Of a stretch of DNA of 64,000 nt, positions 51,420 to 64,000 are shown one piece after another; within the stretch, counting starts at the first letter, position 1, and every line of letters begins with the position of its first letter. The notes below the pieces were generated by a model. It was not told where the DNA came from, did not search any database, and saw only the letters and a program-made list of their open reading frames with translations. The position numbers and the translations under genes were made by a program. Location of the stretch: positions 89,704,500 to 89,768,499 of the forward strand of contig NC_068981.1 in assembly GCF_001194135.2 (NCBI RefSeq), given 5' to 3'. The stretch is from Octopus bimaculoides (taxonomy: Eukaryota).

Positions 51420-51984
51420 TCTCTCTTTCACTCCACTTTTTCTCTCCCCCCTCTCTCTCTCCACTTAAGTCACTATCTAGAAATGTATAACATTTAATGA
51501 ACACATATAGATATGAATTATTAAGAACCTTCCATTTGTCTACAGCGCTCAACAGTCGATGGAGAAAACGGAGAGCAACCGTTTTTTCTCCAGAATATAA
51601 TTATGAAAATAATCCATATTTTACAGTGCGTGATATTTTCGTAATTAATGCTTAATTAACATTATGATCATTAAGTTGTCATCAAGAATTAGAAGCTTTA
51701 ATTAAACACCGATGTATGTTGGTTTTTTAATCTTATGTGGGTTTAAAACTAATAGCCACATCTAGTAAGTTAATTGTGAAGTTGGACTCTATACTAAATT
51801 CAGAATAACCCCACAAGCCATAGCAGGATGTCCCTCAAATCTGTACATGAAAATGAAGCCGTTAGTAAGTTTTGCTATATAACAATTAGTAGTTTTGTAA
51901 TAATCTTATAAACGAAGCTATTGTCTTGGATTTAACTTTTTGCAAGAGAAAATAAAAATAAAAATAGCATAATATTAATAATGA

Positions 51985-52362
51985 TTTCAAATTTCAGAAC
52001 AAGGTCAGCAAGTTAGGAGAGGGGTTAAATTAATTACATCGACCACAGTGCTCAACTTGTATTCATTTTATCGATCCCGAAAGGAGGAAAAGCAAAATGG
52101 ACCTCAGCGGAATTTGAACTTAAAACGTAAAGACGGACGAAATTTCGCAAAGCATTTTGCCCGGAGTGCTAACGATTCTTTTCTATTATAGGCACAAGGC
52201 CTGAAGTTTTAGGGGAGGGAACTAGTTGATTACATCAACCCCAGAATTTCACTAGTAGTTAATTCATCGATCCCGGCGGAATTTGGACTCAGAACGTAGC
52301 GACAGGCGAAATACCGCTAAGTATTTCGACCAGCGTGCTAATGACTCAGCCAGCTCGCTGTC
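51985..52362 (-). mobile_element. Head-to-tail SINE family A dimer
   Basis: Junction ctaacgattct|tttctattataggcacaagg at about 52176-52180. The second copy is internally deleted. Confidence 0.85.
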
Positions 52363-52519
52363 TTCAGCATAATACTAATAGAATCCAAGAGTTTTTAATA
52401 TAAACATATTTGCGGCTTGTCTTATCTAAATCAGTTTAGTTCTATAAAAGAAAGCAATGAGACGCTGGGTATTCGTGGGAGTCTAATCGATTTAATAGAG
52501 CTAATATGTTCGTTTCAAA

Positions 52520-52722
52520 TCTTAAGCACAATGCCAGCAAGTTCGAGGGAGGAGTAAGTCGATTACATTAACCTCGGTACTCAAATGATATTTATTTTAT
52601 CGAATCCTAAAGAATGAAAGGTAAAGTCGACCTCGAGGGACCTGAACTCACAAAGTGAAAATGGACGAAATGCCGCTATGCATTTTACCCGGCATGTTAA
52701 CGGTTCTGCCAGCTCGCCACCT
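52520..52722 (-). mobile_element. SINE family A
   Basis: gcacaatgccagcaag...gtcgattacat...gtaaagtcgacctcg...gttctgccagctcgccacc. Confidence 0.85.
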
Positions 52723-54034
52723 TATATAGAACCAATATACTACTAGTACTTCTGTTTTATCGACACCTGATGGATGTAAAGCAAAATCAACTCGACTTAT
52801 AATTAAGTATAGCGATGAATTTTGCTTTTGCCTTACCTGTTCTGCCTTTATCTTCTCTAATGTATCAATAACGAACTTAATAATTGCACGGGTTCCAACT
52901 CTATCAATTAACTTTAAGCTATTCATTGATATATCATTGTTCAATCATTTCATGCCAATGTCATATCTTGTATTTTGTCTATCATTTGAATTTCAATAAT
53001 TCAATTTTCCGGAGAGCAACAAATTACTAAAAGCAATGTGGCGTTTTGTGGCATAATGAACAAAATGAATATAAATTTTCATTTTTACTGTATATTTTCT
53101 ATCATTTACTTTCAAAATGTCTTCATTTTGTTATACCTAACCATAATACATTCATTTTAATGAAACAATAAATTCATTTTTAGTTGATAATGTTATTGTT
53201 TTGAGTTATTTGCGTGCTTGCTTATTTGTTATGCTTCTTCTCGGAGGCCCTTTGATATTTGAAAAAGATAGACATATTTATAGCTAAATATAATTAAAAA
53301 TGTCAGTACAAATATCATTCAAAGTATATTTCTTAAGAATTAACATTTAAAATCATCGCTATTTGTAAGATATTTGTTGCTTTTATGCAACTTTCAAACT
53401 ACATACTTTCTTCCTTCCTTTCCTTCTTTAATTGCTTATTCGTTTTAGCAGTATTTTGTTTTGGGGTAAGACACATTTGACATCATCTTATAAAACGGAG
53501 TAAAAGGAAGGGAAAATCAGCCATAACCCCAATATTGTATTACATTAATATTTGAACTTAATATTCTATTCTAAATTTCATGTTAAAAGGAAAGTGGGTG
53601 GTTTAGCAATAGCTAATAAGGTTGTCAACATCATTTAAGTTATTTTTATAAACCCTTATGAGCAAATAGAAAATTCAATGTAAGAAATTGTTAAAGAACT
53701 ATTCTAGGTACTTGAGTTTGTGTTATACTGAATATAACACTTATTAGACAAAACAAACTCATAAGAGGCAATGACATACTTCAGAGGCAATTAAACTAAT
53801 TAAGGCCAATAATCTACCATATTGGCAATCTTATGCTAATTAGCTCTTCATATACTGGACTCTCTTGTATTCATGTTTGTTTGTATCCGACCCTTGTATA
53901 TGTGCGTACGCGAGCACGAGTGTTTGTTTGTGTGCATCTCTTATATTTACATTGTTTTTATCAATTCATAACTTGTCGTTTTCGTTTAGTGTGTGGTTAA
54001 TACACACAGGCATACACACACGCACACACGCATA

Positions 54035-54081
<47 letters not shown>

Positions 54082-54702
54082 ACGCACACATATACGTGCG
54101 CGTACAAATGCACCTAATTGTTCACTTGTTTGTGTATGCATGTGTGTGTGTATGTGCGTGTACGTGTGTGCGTGAGCATATATGTACATATATTTCTATG
54201 ATTGGAATAACTCTCTTAACGTAAAACATAATTTCAACACTGTTTCACGGTATCTAACATAAAATTTTACTATGCAGAAAATGCCTGCCACACAACACCA
54301 AGATACCACAAAACGTTCTGAAGAAAACTGACGTAACACTTCTCAAAGTAATTATCCTTAAATACCGAGTCTCAAAGCTTCTTACATTAAATATACGCGT
54401 TCAGTATTACCATACGTTCATACGCAGACGTTGTTTAATCACGCGACAGCAGGCCAAATGAATCCGCTGTCCTCCGACTTCCATTTGTTCGATTGAACAA
54501 TGTACGGTCTTCGAGGACAAAGATTAGAAATCAAGATGAAGTGTGTTCAAAACTGCATACTGAATCGTTTCAGAGGTGATTCGGAGGTTTGGTTCGGTTC
54601 AAGGATGGCACAAATGCATTATTTGTGACGGGGATTATGTTGATTAGCGAACATGCGCAATTTAGAGGACCTGCGCCGGTTAATAAAAATGTTATGACCA
54701 CT

Positions 54703-54734
<32 letters not shown>

Positions 54735-57700
54735 TGTATGTATGCATGTANNNNNNNNNNNNNNNNNNNNNNNNNNNNNNNNNNNNNNNNNNNNNNNNNN
54801 NNNNNNNNNNNNNNNNNNNNNNNNNNNNNNNNNNNNNNNNNNNNNNNNNNNNNNNNNNNNNNNNNNNNNNNNNNNNNNNNNNNNNNNNNNNNNNNNNNNN
54901 NNNNNNNNNNNNNNNNNNNNNNNNNNNNNNNNNNNNNNNNNNNNNNNNNNNNNNNNNNNNNNNNNNNNNNNNNNNNNNNNNNNNNNNNNNNNNNNNNNNN
55001 NNNNNNNNNNNNNNNNNNNNNNNNNNNNNNNNNNNNNNNNNNNNNNNNNNNNNNNNNNNNNNNNNNNNNNNNNNNNNNNNNNNNNNNNNNNNNNNNNNNN
55101 NNNNNNNNNNNNNNNNNNNNNNNNNNNNNNNNNNNNNNNNNNNNNNNNNNNNNNNNNNNNNNNNNNNNNNNNNNNNNNNNNNNNNNNNNNNNNNNNNNNN
55201 NNNNNNNNNNNNNNNNNNNNNNNNNNNNNNNNNNNNNNNNNNNNNNNNNNNNNNNNNNNNNNNNNNNNNNNNNNNNNNNNNNNNNNNNNNNNNNNNNNNN
55301 NNNNNNNNNNNNNNNNNNNNNNNNNNNNNNNNNNNNNNNNNNNNNNNNNNNNNNNNNNNNNNNNNNNNNNNNNNNNNNNNNNNNNNNNNNNNNNNNNNNN
55401 NNNNNNNNNNNNNNNNNNNNNNNNNNNNNNNNNNNNNNNNNNNNNNNNNNNNNNNNNNNNNNNNNNNNNNNNNNNNNNNNNNNNNNNNNNNNNNNNNNNN
55501 NNNNNNNNNNNNNNNNNNNNNNNNNNNNNNNNNNNNNNNNNNNNNNNNNNNNNNNNNNNNNNNNNNNGTGTGTGTCTGTCTGTGCAAGATAGTTAACCAA
55601 TAGAAACACATAAAATAATTTGCAGGGATTCTTTTCATTTAAATAGGAACACTTGAAGCCTTGAGTATTTAAGCCAGCCATATTTGGCCATATTTGGCCA
55701 AAATATTCTACGTCATATAATGTCTATTTATTTGAAAAGTTCTTGAAGAAATTAAGAAGTTAGATAACAGTATCTAAACCGTAGATATAGAAAATTTGCT
55801 TACCAACGTCTCATTGGCAGGAACAGTAGAAACCGTATCAAATAAGGTAGAGAAACACCCGCGTGTAAAACCACCTTTTATAACTTACTACAGAAATTAT
55901 TAGTGAGTTTTTCCACCGAAAATTCGTTTCATTGTATAAGACAAATAATATAAGCATGACATTGAATTAACAACGGCTTCTTTTGCCTTGAGATCTACAT
56001 TTCAAACGTTCTACTGCGGCCATGTAAGCCAGCAATATGTTCCTAAGACAAAAACACAATATACATGAAGTTGTGGACAATTTATTCTTCGTAACAGAAT
56101 AACGAAGACATCGAGGAATTAAAGAAATACCTAGAATACAACTCTACACTAAAATTTCACATCCACAACAATAAAAATAAAATTCATAATCTTATTGATA
56201 AAGAATAATGGAAACAATACGCCCGTTTATCAAAACGTAAATAAATGCATGTACTTACATAAAGACAGCGAATGTCCAGGCAGAAAGAAAATGTCAGTAC
56301 TAAAATCCTTACTTTGATGAGCATTTAGATTCTACTCTACAACGAAGCACATGACATATAAACTCACAGTAAAACAAACAGTGATCAATAACGGGTATTG
56401 TGATAAATTAGTAGGCCAAACTAGAGATCAATACAAGAAATACAACACAACGAATACGTCAGACACCATGCCTATTAAATACACACATTCTAACTTAATG
56501 TGTGCAGATAAACACATTTACTTTGTCGAAGCATTCGTAAATCAGAGCCCGAAGTGCATGACGCCAAACCATTAATTTACATTAATAATATAGTATAAAA
56601 ACATTGAAATGAAAATCCTTCTCCTCACTAACAAATCACTAGCAGGTAAACAAGCTACAAATGATCAATGTGGTTTGCAAGTTCAATTTCAAGCGTGGAA
56701 GTCATAAACTTCTTAACACCACCAGTATTATTATCCATACATGCATGACACCCTACCATCGACTGAATTACAAGGAGAAATTGTAATTCACTACAACGCG
56801 CTGGATAAAATGTTAGTCAACAAGACATACAAGTTCCCGCAAAAATAGGCGATAGAAACGATTAGTAATGGAAGCGATTCTTATATTGCAATAAATTACT
56901 TTAAGAAACAACAAAAACAAATACTAGTCTCTAACGGTCAAAATTCAGATATTGGTCGTAATGATGAAAGCAGACTTATTTTATCTGCCTACTATAAAGG
57001 CAAATCGACACCACACAAACATCACTTCATCCTAAAGATAAGATTACGAAAACATAGTATCCTTATATCGGATTTAGGAATTGTACGGTTTCAAACAGAC
57101 TTCCAGAACTTCAAGAGAAGTATGTACAGAAGCTTTATGCATCTTTGATTTTGCAATTAGAATACACTATAAGCTGTTCTTTTAATCATAAAAGATCCCA
57201 AAATAAGTAAAGCGAGAAAACCACCAACTGTCTGAAACTTCTGAAAACATTGTAAATATTATTTAGTGACCTTAAATCTTATTTTATAATCCTACAATAA
57301 TATCCACTTGATATCTTATACAGCACATTGAAAGCCCACATAGCTTAATAAATAGAGAAGTTTCACACTAAAAACGCTTCTTCATCATCGTCACTCAAGT
57401 TCCAAAAGGCCTGTAAATGATGGGAGATGTTTTAATGTTTTTATTCAGAACTATTCTGCCAATAATTGAAGAAGCTAATAGAACCAAACACCGTGTGAGT
57501 TGAATGTGGTTCGTAAGAGAAGTGCTGAGAAAACTGTTGGTGATGACAGATTTTAGGAGTACACTTAAAGTTTCATTCAGTTGATGGTTATTGACAAAGA
57601 CAATCCATATTGCTGGAGACTGAGAAAGTCTTTCTCCCTAACAATTTTCCTTTTGAAGTAGGAAGTTAAGAAACAACTGACAGGATATCCTCATTGACAT

Positions 57701-60427
57701 TACTTTGCCAATACACCGCCAAACAGAAGATTTAGATGAATTGAATTCAAATTATCACGTTTCGTTAAATGATTTGATCAATGTTTTGCATTAGAATTGT
57801 TGATAATTTTTTTATGAAAAATAGAAAGCAGTTTATCGAAGAACCGTGAAGCAACGGCGACGTGGTGAAGAAAGGGTGTGTAATGCAAAGGGAAAAACTA
57901 GTGCTGATTATTTAAACGATAACACTAGATAACCTACACACACACACATTCTCTCTCTCTCCCTCTCTCTCTCTCCTCCTCTCTCTCTCCTCCTCTCTCT
58001 ATCTCTCTCTTTTTCTCTCTCCCTCTCTCTAGCTCTCTCTGTTCCTCTCTCTCTATCTCTCTATCTCTCTCACTCACACTCACACAGAGTTTTCTCCTTA
58101 GCGTTTTACCACTATATTTTACTCGACACAGTACAAAAAACATATGCTTACAAGAATGCATTTCGATCTCTGTTTACCTATCCTCTTTTTGTTTTCTATC
58201 CTTCTCTCTCTATCCAACGTTGAACGTCTTTTGTTTGATTGCTCTCGGACGCAATGTTTTTATAGTGTCTTTTATATTGTTATTAAGGATTCAAATGTAA
58301 AGTTAAGGTCGCTTATTTCACTTTCATTCTCTTTCACTCCGTCTCTCTCTTTCCTCCTGCTAGTTTATAGAATTTCTCTGTACGAGAACTTGGACAACAA
58401 GCAGACAAAGAATTCTCATCAAAGGAAACGATTTTAAAATATGAATTACAAATATCTCTGGTAGTCAGCAATAACCAAGTGAGAGATGGACTCAAATATG
58501 ATTTTATAAGTAATGAAATCAAACACCATATTATTCAAGTGAGCGTATGGTTTCGAGATAAATAAACCGAGATGCGATTACGATATTTTATCAGATGATT
58601 GCAATAAGAATTAATTAATCAGTATAAAGGAGGTATTAGAACTAACAGGGCAACACATCGTATTTTAAAGATTTGGTGACTGGATTGGCCAAAAGATCGC
58701 TGTTACGGTGCTTGCTTCCTTGTTGGCATAACTCACTGTAAATTCAAGTACTGCTGAAATTATACACTGCTATGTACCAATGCATGGTGTACATTTGTAA
58801 TTATGTGGCTGCACCAGTCAAGAGTTAATTTTAAAAAATCCTCCAATGGTACTAACATTTTTTTATTGTTACTATATAGTATGAATCTCCATACATGCTT
58901 GAGACTTCCCTGATCAGTGATGGGAAATGCAAGTATATAGAGATGACTGACAATTTAATTGACCCGTTAATCGTACAGCTACTCATATATATTACACACA
59001 CACACACACACTGACATATATACATACATATGTATATCTATGTATATATATGTGTGTGTATATACATATACGCACCTATTTATATATATATACATATCTT
59101 TAAATATATATATATATGTATNNNNNNNNNNTATGCACCTACATACACGCATAAAGTTAATAAACGGGATTTATGATTTAGGAGTAGATGCTGCAAGGTA
59201 TTTAGTCTAACCCGATTCCTTATCTGTCAACTTGTCACTCTTATCTGCTCTTAATCAATATTGGTTTTGCATATTTTCCTAGAAGCAATTCTTTCCGTCG
59301 TGAGAAAACCATAAGACGACGTTCCAATAGATAAATAAATAGATAAATAAATAAATAAATAGATAGATCAGTAGATATATAAATAAGAAAAATCGAACAA
59401 AACAGAACTATAGTATCTGATCAGAAGCCAATCAATCCTGCAGAAGCTGCAAGAGGTTAACATTTCCTTCACAAATATGTCATGTATTAGCAAATGTTAT
59501 TTATTAGAAATGACAAAATTGTAACCAGAAAGCTGCGATTCTTAAAATCTTGCATATCTCAGGAAGGCTAATGCACATACATGCATACATAAATACATAC
59601 ATATATATATATATGCATATATGTGTAATGATATATATATATATATATANNNNNNNNNNNNNNNNNNNNNNNNNNNNNNNNNNNNNNNNNNNNNNNNNNN
59701 NNNNNNNNNNNNNNNNNNNNNNNNNNNNNNNNNNNNNNNNNNNNNNNNNNNNNNNNNNNNNNNNNNNNNNNNNNNNNNNNNNNNNNNNNNNNNNNNNNNN
59801 NNNNNNNNNNNNNNNNNNNNNNNNNNNNNNNNNNNNNNNNNNNNNNNNNNNNNNNNNNNNNNNNNNNNNNNNNNNNNNNNNNNNNNNNNNNNNNNNNNNN
59901 NNNNNNNNNNNNNNNNNNNNNNNNNNNNNNNNNNNNNNNNNNNNNNNNNNNNNNNNNNNNNNNNNNNNNNNNNNNNNNNNNNNNNNNNNNNNNNNNNNNN
60001 NNNNNNNNNNNNNNNNNNNNNNNNNNNNNNNNNNNNNNNNNNNNNNNNNNNNNNNNNNNNNNNNNNNNNNNNNNNNNNNNNNNNNNNNNNNNNNNNNNNN
60101 NNNNNNNNNNNNNNNNNNNNNNNNNNNNNNNNNNNNNNNNNNNNNNNNNNNNNNNNNNNNNNNNNNNNNNNNNNNNNNNNNNNNNNNNNNNNNNNNNNNN
60201 NNNNNNNNNNNNNNNNNNNNNNNNNNNNNNNNNNNNNNNNNNNNNNNNNNNNNNNNNNNNNNNNNNNNNNNNNNNNNNNNNNNNNNNNNNNNNNNNNNNN
60301 NNNNNNNNNNNNNNNNNNNNNNNNNNNNNNNNNNNNNNNNNNNNNNNNNNNNNNNNNNNNNNNNNNNNNNNNNNNNNNNNNNNNNNNNNNNNNNNATATA
60401 TTCGCAAAGGAAGAGAGACTGAGAGAC

Positions 60428-60473
<46 letters not shown>

Positions 60474-60569
60474 TAACTGTTTGAAGACTATGAAAATATT
60501 TACCTATTTTAAGACTATGGAAGTATTTTTTAAAATATTTCACTTCATTTTTTCCCCCCAATTTAATTG

Positions 60570-61395
60570 TTTTTCTTAGTTGAAAAAGTTTAAACGACGG
60601 AAACCGGTACTAAAATATACTTAATGATAAAATTATTTTAGCATTTTCTACCTTGTCTTATTTTCCTTATACGTATCAACTCGTGTGTTACTTTTCTACC
60701 TTCTACATATGCTACCCCCACACGAAAATGCTGACGAAATCAGACACAAGAATAACTGCAATCAATGAAGAAATACTAAATGAACTCAATAAAATGAACA
60801 CAAATCTGTTAACGTTTCTTAACAAATTCGATTCGGCACGTGAACCTAATGGAGAGAACAATGAGGAAGCCGATACGAAAAATACAACCTCCGAAATCGT
60901 CGAAAAAGTTGGAAACATGCGAAATAATTAGAACATTCTTCTCAAACAATCCGAGCGAAGGAACTCCAAACGAGGAAACATATGGGATTGATGCACTAAC
61001 AACATGCCAAATGAAACACCTCATAGTACCACACTGGAACAAATCATTCAGTGAGAGAAAGTTCATCTTTTGGAAGATGATCTAAAGCAACAACAAAGCA
61101 GATATATACGAAAAGTGGCTTAATCGGACACCGTTAATTCTCCCCCTCAAACTTCAAATCAAAGTCAATATAGATGAACCTGATGCACAAAGACGCCTTA
61201 GGTTAAGAATGGTACTGGAAAAAATGGAGATGGAAAGAGAACTTCTAAACTTGAGGGATCAGACGAATGAAGATAAAATAAAATCCATCGATGAAGAGAT
61301 CAACCAAGAAATTAACAAAATTACTCAAGGCCCCGACCTAGAGAAGATCTCCAAACTAAGGAAAGAGGATTGTGAAAAAAAGAAAAAGAACTGAA
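60570..61395 (+). mobile_element. 5' part of a probable PLE: hammerhead-like motif followed by a decayed N-terminal ORF
   Basis: Hammerhead-like motif at 60576-60613, then MLTKSD...LNELNKM..., WLNRTPLILPLKLQIK and RMVLEKMEMERELLNLRDQ...SIDEEI in broken frames. No RT is visible, so the family is inferred from the motif context. Confidence 0.55.
60576..60613 (+). ncRNA. Hammerhead-like motif with a U3/A8 core, possibly decayed
   Basis: TTAG-TTGAAAA-A-GTTTAAACGACG-GAAA-CCGG-TA-CTAA. Stem I is TTAG/CTAA and stem III is ACCGGT. Confidence 0.45.
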
Positions 61396-63382
61396 ATCCC
61401 TCCACCGCTGGCCCTTATCTTTGACCTTTTCAACATGGTAGGTCCTGACAGAAGCTTGCACTTCGCTTACATAGCTCTGAGGCTCTTTGAGGCACACAAA
61501 TTATCCCGCTGCAAGAAAGACAGGACTTTATGGTAGACACTAAATTATTGTTCACTTCAAGTATTCCAGTCGACAAATTACGTAGCCAAAGGACTGTCTG
61601 CTCAAACAGGACTAACTTGGATCTACACAACATAATCAGCGATAAAAATTTCTTTGCTTGAAATATATGCCTATAGGAGAAAAAGTATGGAAACATCCAA
61701 AATCTCTTTTGAAACGATGTAAAGGTAAAGAGGACATACCGAATTGTGTAGTCCTAATTACCTAATATTTGAAATCAAGTATGACATCGCAAAGGTGGAA
61801 TTGTCTTTTATCATGAAGGCCGACTCAGGTTAAACAATAACAATATAGAAAATCCGTATAGATCAAACACTATATGGACATTTATATAGACAACTCTATA
61901 GACAATATATACAGACCAAAATTATATACTCACACATAGATTAATTTCTACATCTAACTAATATTAATAATTTTTCAATCACATCACTTCACTTCTGCAA
62001 CTTTTGTGCTTTCACTTACACCTCCCAGGACACGTTGCAGTCTTATTGCTTCTCGTACCAGCGTTGAGTTGAAAGGGCCCTCTACCTAAGGCCCCAACGC
62101 GTTCCTTGTTAGCCTGTGCGATGAACAATGCGTTATGGTTATTTTTTAATGCTTTTCATATTACAGCTTTTGTTGATCTTATTCGTGATAAGCCTAAAAC
62201 TGGTATTTGCAATGAACTCGCACAGATTAGATGTACTTGGAGAGAGCCTTTACTCGCTTAGTTGTGCCTACATCATTGAGTTGTGAGAGGTTTTGTAAGA
62301 CTCAACAGTGCCATTTGTTGGTCCATTTTCCCTTGTAGGTCACCGTTGTTTGTTCCAGCGTTGGTTACTCGTCCGGCCGAAGTCTTCTTATTTCGTAACT
62401 GACCATCATATCTGATGGTCGCATCGCTATTAGCCATAAGACTCGTTTTCCAGCAGAACAGCTCCGCTAAGGAAGTCGTATGGCTATCAGCCACTAGCAA
62501 GGGCCCCATGGATGAGGTGCCTGAGAACTCAACCCATAAAATCCTCCCAGGAATAGCGGCGTGCGAAAATGGATGGATATCACTTCCAGAATACTGTTAG
62601 TACTTATTGAATGGAAAGAACTTCAAAGAAGATTAACGTTGTGGGAGTCGAACTCGGAACAGCAAAAAGAAAAGTAGAAAAATGAATGCCAAACTGGATT
62701 AATATCAACGATTTAATACCTTTGTCATGTACTGCTAATGTAATTTTGTAACAAAACGTGAATAAGGTTAGGATTACAAACACTATTTTAATTCATTTCA
62801 ACAGCAACACGTGAACGTAATAGGAAAAGAACGACAGTTCCGGTTACGCAGTTGTAATAAGTATTCTTAAGCGACAAACAATAACTTATATCGTAACAGA
62901 ATACAAATGTGCTACGTGCAGTAACCGTTGGCAACAGTTTGCCTTATCACAGAAACTATTTTGGTTTTTACTTTCTATAAATAAACTAAATAATTATTTT
63001 TTCCGTTTCATTTCATGAACATTAAGTATGTTAAGTGAAAAATTATAGTATATGGACTCAATTAAGCAGACATGTACAAGCATACACATAATATGTGTAC
63101 GTCTGTGTGTGTTCGTGCGTGTGTATATGTGTTTGTATGTACGTCGTGTTTCTTTCTAACAAGTTTTCTATAATCTCTGCCGAGTTTCATTCATAATGTA
63201 GGCTTACTATAGCCAAACGATTTAGAACACATAGTGTGGTATTTAGATAATAGTCATTCCCTATAACCTTGAGACTATTCAATCATTGTGAGTGGATTTC
63301 AGAAAAAATAAACTGTACCGAAACCCGACGTGTAGATTATTATCCGTAATTGAAAGGTACATCCTTGTCACACATAGTATAA

Positions 63383-63690
63383 CGCTCATAGTGTTACGGT
63401 ATTCGGCTCATGATCGTAAGGTCGTGAGTTCGGTGCACGGCGGCGCGTTGTGTTCTTGAGCAAGATATTTTATTTCTCGTTGCTCCAGTCCTGCTCAGAT
63501 GGCAAAAATGAGTTGTACCTGTAATTCAGCCCTGCCACATTCTGTGTCACGCAGAATCTCCTCGAGAACTACATTAAGGGTACGCGTGTCTGTGGAGTGC
63601 TCAGCCACTTGCACGTTAATTTTACATAGCAGGTTGTTCCGTTGATCGTATCAACTAGATCAATCGTCGTCAAATCGAAGCAAAGCTCAT
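63383..63690 (+). mobile_element. tRNA-derived SINE, family C
   Basis: ttcggctcatgatcgtaaggtcgtgagttc...cttgagcaag...ttgctccagtc...gggtacgcgtgtctgtggagtgctcagccacttgcacgttaa matches 22095-22382. Confidence 0.9.
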
Positions 63691-63962
63691 TCTATTTGAG
63701 AATTACGTTGAAGTCACATGTTGCTGTGGAATACTCAACCACCTACCCGTGCAGGTAGTTCAATTGATCCAACAAATGAAGCCATATCGTAGAAATGGTT
63801 GAGATCCACCATGCTTCATTAATTTGCCAACTCATGCTGGGAAAAGATAATGGCTTCAAGTGAAGTGAGTGAGGCCAAACTTGGAATCACATGGTTGTGG
63901 AACGAAATTCTTAACTACATATTCATGCATATGGGAGGTACATTGCACCCCTCCACACACAC

Positions 63963-64000
<38 letters not shown>

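Noticed and set aside
16-60561. Long ORFs in the supplied track made of X, YI, CV, HT, poly-Y or poly-L
   Set aside because: They are translations of N gaps and microsatellites, not genes.

Overview
AT-rich, gap-riddled eukaryotic scaffold. Dense (TA)n/(CA)n/(TACA)n/(GATA)n/(AAT)n microsatellites sit next to most N gaps. The SINE and retroelement repertoire resembles coleoid cephalopods, most likely Octopus (inference). Only one host exon is well supported: a minus-strand 87-nt exon (29015-29101) with the GNHDF motif of a 5'-nucleotidase/calcineurin-like phosphoesterase, so much of the window is probably intronic. The rest is mobile DNA: a pLTR-flanked Penelope-like element (RT + GIY-YIG, about 5685-11067), two to three other PLE relics, four R4/Dong-like RLE retrotransposon fragments, a CR1-like LINE, three tRNA-derived SINE families, mariner/Tigger relics and Helitron termini. 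The most interesting signal is a set of minimal type-I hammerhead ribozyme motifs in the PLE pseudo-LTRs. One has a geometrically complete fold with an A3-U8 swap of the conserved C3-G8 core pair. Two others bracket the PLE ORF and have 8-nt palindromic stem III regions. A near-perfect 645-bp inverted duplication sits inside the left pLTR. Coordinates were read by eye and element boundaries are approximate. No database searches or folding programs were run.
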